From the IMG/VR virus record IMGVR_UViG_3300005193_000001, positions 243,016 through 263,015 of that record: a DNA stretch of 20,000 nucleotides; one strand, written 5' to 3'. The stretch comes from an uncultured virus (IMG/VR IMGVR_UViG_3300005193_000001) (taxonomy: Duplodnaviria; Heunggongvirae; Uroviricota; Caudoviricetes). Each line of letters opens with the position of its first letter. Position 1 is the first letter of the stretch. Below the pieces are notes generated by a model. It was not told the origin of the DNA. It did not search any database and saw only the letters and a list, made by a program, of their open reading frames with translations. Positions 14,387-20,000 of this stretch are shown here, in pieces. Made by a program: the position numbers and the translations under genes.

Positions 14387-17300
14387 TTAGGCGATGCTCA
14401 AGAAGTAGTTGAGCTCTATGTTGTCCGTTCCAGAGTTCGGAGCGGTGTCGTAGTTCACCGTGAGATTGGTAGAATCAGCCGTAACGTGGGAAACTCCGGA
14501 AGCGTCGTTCGTAATAGCCTGAACGCTCCACTCGCTAGGAGTGTCGGAGAGTCCGTGCGCGATGTTGAACTGAGTCGTGCTTCCATCGCCGCTGAACGTC
14601 GCACTTCCGGTCCTAACGTCAGAATTGACGGTCACTGTGCCATCGGTGTCGTCGGTGACTCCGAGTCCGGTACCGAAGTTAATGTCCGTAGCTCCAGAAA
14701 CGACTTCGGTAGTGTCTTCGGAGACATTTACTCCGCCACCACCACCACCGGAAGCATCAATGGTGACTTCATTTGAGCTTACCGTACTAACGGTGAGGTT
14801 GCTGCCAAAGTTGAAAGCAGATGCGGTCTGAAGGAGCGTTCCACCGTCCTTAACATCAACCGAAGCGGAACCGAGCTCTGCTTCGATTGCTGCCTCTGTG
14901 AGGAGAACTTCATCGCTTGGGCTCGACGTGTTGAGCGACGTCGAGATCTCACTAACTCCAGTTCCGTTAGCGAGCGTCATAACCCCTCCTTCAGTAATGT
15001 CGAAGACCCTGTTTTTGCCGGAATCTTCGATCTGAAGTCCTTGCCTGATATAGGTTCCATTTCGGTAAGTGACGTAAAGTCCGTCGAGCCTAGCCGTGCC
15101 ATCGTAGTAACTGCTGTCACCGGATTGGGCGTTCGGGTTGTCTCCAACTCCGATTTGGAAAATTCTGTCATCGTCGTTGAAATCCGAGAAGTTAAGAACT
15201 CCAGTTACATTTCCACCGTCTCCGTCCCTGTAGTCTTCGGAATAAAGACCAGCGACCAAACCACTGTGAATTCTACCGATGTTATCAAGTCCGGTCACAA
15301 AGGCGTTGGCACCAAGGGACTGGTTGGGGCCGAACACCGTAGAACCCCGCTCAATAGCCTGAGGTTGGGTTTCTTCGTTATCAACGGTTTCTGCTCCGTG
15401 TGCGAAAGAACCGAAGCCGTCCGCAAGCGACCCATTTCCAGAAGCGAAGGCGTAGTTCTGAGCAGCAGTAGTACGCCTTCCAATAGCGAACGATGCATTC
15501 TGCTCGGCTCTTGTACGAATGCCGAAGGAAGCCGAGTATTCTCCGCGAGCTACCGTATTCTGACCAGTAGCGAACGAAACTCCGCCTATAGCTGCACTGT
15601 GTTCACCAATGGCGATACTGGAATATCCTCTGGCTCTGTTGTTAAATCCGAACGCGAACGCGTTGTCGGAAGTCACGGTGTTGATTCCATTTCCGAATCC
15701 ACCCATACCACCTCCACCGAAGCCGAGTTCTCCGTTATCTCCACGGGCAAATGCACCGGATATCGCTTCTCCGGTGGTTGGGTCTACACTATCTTCGGGA
15801 TCGATGTTAGGACTGCTTACACCAGCAGTGAAGATTGTGGTGGACCTTTGAACGTCAAAGAACGTCGTTGCGTTCGGATTGAAGTCCTGATATCCCTGCC
15901 AAAGATCAATTCCCACATCAGCGTCAGTGCTGTACTGGTAAAGAGCATTTCCATCATTACCGAGGATGTAAAGGTTAGCAAACCTAGTTGCACTGTTGTC
16001 CACCGTACCAGTCGTTACACCTTGAATGTCGCTGTCTGTTTCGGAAATATCACGACTATACCTCTGTGACTGACTTCCAGGTGAAGCTTTGTGAAAGCCA
16101 CCTTCGAATTCATAAATGGTACCAGAAGCGTCGGTGATGTAAATTGTCTCACCGAAGTCGGCGTACCTGAATCCTGTGGCATTGGAAATGCCGAAGTCGT
16201 TGTTGAAACTGGTGTTTTCTACCGTAGAACTCGTGTCGTGGCCAGTTGCGAATTCCCAAAGGTGAATATTTCCATCGGTATCGAGAACGAACATCCTCGA
16301 ACCAGCCGGGACCGATCCCTCGCGCATGAAGTTCAGGTCTTCGGGACTGGTAGTAGCACCGGATATGTCGAAGGTGTTGTTGAGTGTAGCGGTTGAGGTA
16401 TCGTATTCGGTGCCGAGTGTGTACTCGTAAACGCTGTTATTACCAGCACCAAGAACGAACAACTTAGAACCATCGTTGGCAATCTCTACTGCTTCAGGAG
16501 TAGCGTCTTGACCACTAACATCGAAGCTGTTGACGAGACTAGCTGTGGTAATGTCGTTCGAATTACTCAAGGTATACTCATCGACTTCAGTGTTTCCCCG
16601 GTCGAGGACGTAGACCTTACTTCCTCCATCGCCCATCTCCACATCGGCAAAATCGGAGCCTTGTCCCGAAATGTCAAAACTTCCATTGGTACTTCGAAGG
16701 GAGTCAACCCCACCAATAGCCTGAGAGTTTTCGTCAAGTCTAAAGGTCATGGTGTACTCGTTGTTGCCATCGTCCGGAACTTGAACATCGGCGGGGGTGT
16801 GAGCTATTTGCTCTCCATCCTTGAGGTTCATCTTAAACCAAGGTCCCATGTTATATTCGGCAGAGTTGAAATTGGAGAATTCCTGCCTGCCGAACCTGAG
16901 CCTAGCGAACGACGCCATCAAGGACGTGCTGTCCAGAATGGTGAATTCGCCTACGGTATAAGTGATTTCAAGAACGTCGGTTTGCGACGAACTTGGTGGA
17001 AAGGTGGCCGGAACCGAACCCATAACAAGGTCATTGTAGCTGGAATAGGTCAGACCACCATCGAGGGCGTCAAGACTGTTGCTTCCGTCGTTGAATTGTC
17101 GAACTCCCTCAGTGGAACCGCCAAGTGGAACATCGACTATTGCTTCACCAGACTCCGTTTCCGTGTTGTCAGTAACGGACAGGTTGTCATTGAAGTCGAT
17201 GTTATCGATTCCGGTAGCAACGTCAGTTCCACCATCTTCCACCGTGATACTGGCGGAACCTCCTCCTCCAGCGGTGGAGTTGATGGTAACGGCACCATTT

Positions 17301-17770
17301 CCATCATCTGTGACAGAAAGGTTGGTACCAAAGTTAAGGTTGTCAATCCCTGTGTTGACGTCGGTTCCTCCGTCGTCAACGTCAATGCTGGTACCACCAC
17401 CACTAGCCGACGCGTCAACGGAAATCGTCCCGTCTGCATCGTCGGTTACAGATAGATTAGAGCCGAAGTTAATGTCGGTTGGGCTGGTGAGAACAGAAGA
17501 ACCGTCGTCCGAAACGGACATTGGTACTTTGATCCTTTTCCAAACTCCTTCGTTCGCCCCACCATCTGCAAACTCCGAAATGCTGGATGCTACAAGCTCC
17601 GTGCCATCTGCGTTCGAGGCTTCACCAGCGGGGTCCCAGAGGAATTGATTTCTTTGTCCGTCGTCGTCGCTATCAACAATAACTACCCGGTTAGCGGTCG
17701 GGCGTGTGTTTTTAAGGGCCGTTATATCAGCCGCCCTTTGCTGTTCTTCAGGTACAAAAGTACGTGCCAT
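14387..17770 (-). CDS. Mosaic tail fibre/spike protein C, 1127 aa (beta-propeller + YadA-head-like repeats)
   Basis: Tailspike-type N-domain (F.WD....ADG..GVWKR); five ~40-aa DDG..DINFG.NLSVTDD repeats; propeller blades (SFDVSGQDATPEAVE..DGSKLFVLG..VYEYTL); 14-residue S.A.G Hep/Hag-like repeats; C-terminal FSGDGSTTQFNIAHGL domain. Confidence 0.85.
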   Translation of the reverse strand: MARTFVPEEQQRAADITALKNTRPTANRVVIVDSDDDGQRNQFLWDPAGEASNADGTELVASSISEFADGGANEGVWKRIKVPMSVSDDGSSVLTSPTDINFGSNLSVTDDADGTISVDASASGGGTSIDVDDGGTDVNTGIDNLNFGTNLSVTDDGNGAVTINSTAGGGGSASITVEDGGTDVATGIDNIDFNDNLSVTDNTETESGEAIVDVPLGGSTEGVRQFNDGSNSLDALDGGLTYSSYNDLVMGSVPATFPPSSSQTDVLEITYTVGEFTILDSTSLMASFARLRFGRQEFSNFNSAEYNMGPWFKMNLKDGEQIAHTPADVQVPDDGNNEYTMTFRLDENSQAIGGVDSLRSTNGSFDISGQGSDFADVEMGDGGSKVYVLDRGNTEVDEYTLSNSNDITTASLVNSFDVSGQDATPEAVEIANDGSKLFVLGAGNNSVYEYTLGTEYDTSTATLNNTFDISGATTSPEDLNFMREGSVPAGSRMFVLDTDGNIHLWEFATGHDTSSTVENTSFNNDFGISNATGFRYADFGETIYITDASGTIYEFEGGFHKASPGSQSQRYSRDISETDSDIQGVTTGTVDNSATRFANLYILGNDGNALYQYSTDADVGIDLWQGYQDFNPNATTFFDVQRSTTIFTAGVSSPNIDPEDSVDPTTGEAISGAFARGDNGELGFGGGGMGGFGNGINTVTSDNAFAFGFNNRARGYSSIAIGEHSAAIGGVSFATGQNTVARGEYSASFGIRTRAEQNASFAIGRRTTAAQNYAFASGNGSLADGFGSFAHGAETVDNEETQPQAIERGSTVFGPNQSLGANAFVTGLDNIGRIHSGLVAGLYSEDYRDGDGGNVTGVLNFSDFNDDDRIFQIGVGDNPNAQSGDSSYYDGTARLDGLYVTYRNGTYIRQGLQIEDSGKNRVFDITEGGVMTLANGTGVSEISTSLNTSSPSDEVLLTEAAIEAELGSASVDVKDGGTLLQTASAFNFGSNLTVSTVSSNEVTIDASGGGGGGVNVSEDTTEVVSGATDINFGTGLGVTDDTDGTVTVNSDVRTGSATFSGDGSTTQFNIAHGLSDTPSEWSVQAITNDASGVSHVTADSTNLTVNYDTAPNSGTDNIELNYFLSIA

Positions 17771-17850
17771 AAGTCATTTTTGGAAGACTAAAGCGTTAGA
17801 CGTGACATTTTAGACAAAAGAGACTAGTAACTGAACCCCGATTCGTTCTG

Positions 17851-17856
17851 TAAATA
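17851..17856 (-). promoter_or_regulatory. Putative late-promoter motif TATTTA
   Basis: gctaTATTTAcag in the intergenic gap, 80 nt upstream of ATG 17770. Confidence 0.45.
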
Positions 17857-17882
17857 TAGCTCGAATTTTCTTAACCGCTTCT

Positions 17883-20000
17883 TCACGATCTGGCATCAAG
17901 TCTGAACTTCACGTTGTTCGTGCCAGAAGGAGGAGCGGTTCCATAGTTCACGGTGATGAACGTTGAATCGGCGGTGGTATGAAAGAAACCGGAAGCATCT
18001 TCTGTGATGGGTTCCACATGCCAATCGTTCGGGGTTTGATTGAAGCCGTGGGGAATCTGAAACTGGGTCTTAACACCGTTTCCGCTGAACGTGTTTGGTT
18101 CTTGAAGGAACGCAGCGTAGTTCAGTACCACGTTGTCGGTACCGGAAGCTGGCGGAGTGTCGTAATTAACGATTATGTTCGTCGCGTCCGCATCGGTAAA
18201 GGCGATTCCACGTGCATCTTCGGTAGCCGCTTCTACAAACCATTCGCTCGGAACTTCGGGAAGACCGTGGGGAATAGTAAACTGAGTAGCAACCCCATCT
18301 CCATCGAGAGTAACTTGACCACCTGCATCCGGTCTTTTAAGGTCGGTGGCGTAGTTAACTATTACGTTATTCGTACCAGAAGTCGGCGCGGTATCGTAAT
18401 TGATCGTTAGCGTGTTCGCATCTGCGGTAGTGTGAGAAACGTTTGATCCGTCGTCTGTAACTTCTTCGATAAACCACTGTCTTGGCACGTATCCGAGACC
18501 GTGGGTAATCGTAAATTGCGTAGTGCTGCCGTCTCCGCTAAATGTAGCGGTTCCACGCGCTTGCTTCACGGTGTCTACTCCATTGACTTCAACTTCGTCT
18601 GTGTTGTTTACACTAGCTTCGAGAAGGTCGTTGAAGTTAATAATAGAAGCCGCAGTGGTCAAAGATCTCTCGTCGTCTTGGGCTTCGACGCTGTACGTTG
18701 CTTCGATGGTCACGCTACCGTCTCCGTCGTTCACAACGTCCAACTCGGTGCCAAAGTTGATATCGTCGGTGCTAGAAACAACCTGTACGCCGTCGTCGGA
18801 GACGTTTGTTCTCGTATCCGAGGACCCGGAGGCATCGATTGTCACACTTCCATCGTTGTCGTCCGTAACGGTTAGATTAGCACCGAAGTTGATGTCGGTG
18901 GTGTCGGCAACGATCTGTACACCGTCGTCGGAGACGTTAGTGCTCGTGTCCGTGTTGCCTACACCGTCAATCGTGAAGGTACCGCTTCCATCGTCCGTAA
19001 CGGTCAGATTGGTGCCAAAGTTGAGATTGAACCCCGTGCCAACGTTGGCTCCACTGTCGTCAATGGGGAGAACCACGTTTAACGTCTGTCCGGTTTTCGT
19101 GAGACCACTTCCCGCACCGATTTCACCTGCGGCGGAAAATTGAGACCAGTTGATGGAAGTCGTTCCAACACTGATCGGATCGGGAGTCGTGACAATGTAG
19201 GAGGAGTCTCCGTTTGTCGTTCCCTCTTCAACAAAGGCAAACGTGCCGCTCGTGATTTCGTTGTTCTCGTCGGCGTCTGCAGATCGGATCCACGTGGTGG
19301 GGTCAATAGCCGTTTTAGCTACATAAACTCCGTTCTCTGCAGCCGTGCTTTGATCCTTGAGGAGCACCCGGTCTCCATCGGAAAGCGTGACTCCGTCGAC
19401 AGGGTTCGGGTCGGTGTCGGCAGTCAAGTCGATACTCGTTCCATCGGTGGCGGCGCGGACGCTTTCTTTCAGGTCAAGTCCCTGAGCCACGCCGTCAACG
19501 TAAGCCTTGGTTGTGAAGTCTGAGCTTTTCGATGGTGTCGTTGTCGTCGCGATAGAAGGTAGATCGGAAAATTGTGGTCTGTTGTCTTCATCGAGCCCAA
19601 CGTCTGAAAGATCGATGAGAGCCACCGTTGTTGAGCCGCCGAGAGAAGCCGTGTTCCCGGCTACGGTCACTGCGTCGTTTTCGAGATCCACGGTGGCGGA
19701 ACTGTCACCGTCGCTCGTAGCTTGAACGTTTCCGGTGAAGTTGATATCGTCCGTTTGCGTCACCACCTGTACTCCGTCGTCCGAAATGTTCGTCGTGGTG
19801 TCCGTGGAGGATGCAGCTGCTACAGTTACCGAACCATCGGCGTCGTCCGTTACCGTCAGGTTGGCGGCGAAATTGATATCGTTCGTGTTGGCAACGACTT
19901 GCGACCCACTGTCGGATACGTTGGTTCTGGTGTCGGTGCCGGATGCCGCATCAACGGTCACAGAGCCGTCATTGTCGTCCGTAACGGTTAGATTAGCACC
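17883..20000 (-). CDS. Tail fibre protein D (5' end beyond window, >705 aa)
   Basis: Frame is open from 20000 (GANLTVTDDNDGSVTVD...). Contains the common phage fibre domain KAYVDGVAQGLDLKESVRAAT..DGVTLSDGDRVLLKDQSTAAENGVYV..VEEGTTN..WSQFS, at least six ~42-aa repeats and three C-terminal HG(L/F) domains. Confidence 0.88.
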   Translation of the reverse strand, partial: GANLTVTDDNDGSVTVDAASGTDTRTNVSDSGSQVVANTNDINFAANLTVTDDADGSVTVAAASSTDTTTNISDDGVQVVTQTDDINFTGNVQATSDGDSSATVDLENDAVTVAGNTASLGGSTTVALIDLSDVGLDEDNRPQFSDLPSIATTTTPSKSSDFTTKAYVDGVAQGLDLKESVRAATDGTSIDLTADTDPNPVDGVTLSDGDRVLLKDQSTAAENGVYVAKTAIDPTTWIRSADADENNEITSGTFAFVEEGTTNGDSSYIVTTPDPISVGTTSINWSQFSAAGEIGAGSGLTKTGQTLNVVLPIDDSGANVGTGFNLNFGTNLTVTDDGSGTFTIDGVGNTDTSTNVSDDGVQIVADTTDINFGANLTVTDDNDGSVTIDASGSSDTRTNVSDDGVQVVSSTDDINFGTELDVVNDGDGSVTIEATYSVEAQDDERSLTTAASIINFNDLLEASVNNTDEVEVNGVDTVKQARGTATFSGDGSTTQFTITHGLGYVPRQWFIEEVTDDGSNVSHTTADANTLTINYDTAPTSGTNNVIVNYATDLKRPDAGGQVTLDGDGVATQFTIPHGLPEVPSEWFVEAATEDARGIAFTDADATNIIVNYDTPPASGTDNVVLNYAAFLQEPNTFSGNGVKTQFQIPHGFNQTPNDWHVEPITEDASGFFHTTADSTFITVNYGTAPPSGTNNVKFRLDARS
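18856..20000. repeat. Coding repeats within fibre D, including an exact 29-bp direct repeat
   Basis: ttgtcgtccgtaacggttagattagcacc at 18856-18884 and 19972-20000 (second copy cut by the window edge); degenerate copies lie between them. Confidence 0.85.

Noticed and set aside
15041..17648. Long + strand ORFs (342, 315 and 189 aa) opposite fibre C, and similar ones opposite A, B and D
   Set aside because: Antisense shadows of codon-biased real genes; no recognisable motifs or initiation context.
17883..20000. Repeats as a CRISPR array or DGR template/variable repeat
   Set aside because: They are in-frame degenerate coding repeats with no constant repeat-spacer pattern or evident adenine-specific mismatches, and no reverse transcriptase or cas gene lies in the window.
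1..20000. Stop-codon reassignment as in some large phages
   Set aside because: Genes tile densely under the standard code, and TAA, TAG and TGA all end well-supported genes.

Overview
The window looks like part of a large tailed-phage genome. Its very acidic proteins suggest a halophilic host. A lipoprotein, a PagP-like beta-barrel, SD-less A/C-rich translation starts and a Bacteroidota-style YadA-head module point to a diderm Bacteroidota/Rhodothermota host such as Salinibacter (inference). The left part (1-8.6 kb) is a dense accessory region of small genes. It begins with a leftward three-hydrolase operon: a Cys-His-Asp mini-enzyme, a HExxH zincin and a patatin phospholipase that the ORF track missed. 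Rightward genes include a calcineurin-like phosphoesterase, a membrane protein/lipoprotein pair, a stand-alone NAD-ligase Ia-like domain, a Zn ribbon and a PagP-like barrel. The right part (8.6-20 kb, minus strand) is a structural region. It holds four large mosaic tail-fibre/receptor-binding proteins forming two module-sharing pairs, a tandem DUF1617-like protein and an HTH-HNH protein. Two recurrent promoter-like motifs partition the window: CGAAAC-N16/17-CGTG(T/A)AA (ECF-sigma-like, accessory genes) and TATTTA (late-like, mostly structural genes). A promoter-uORF-terminator leader precedes one fibre gene. I found no tRNA, rRNA, CRISPR array or IS element. All family assignments come from motif recognition by eye, not database searches.
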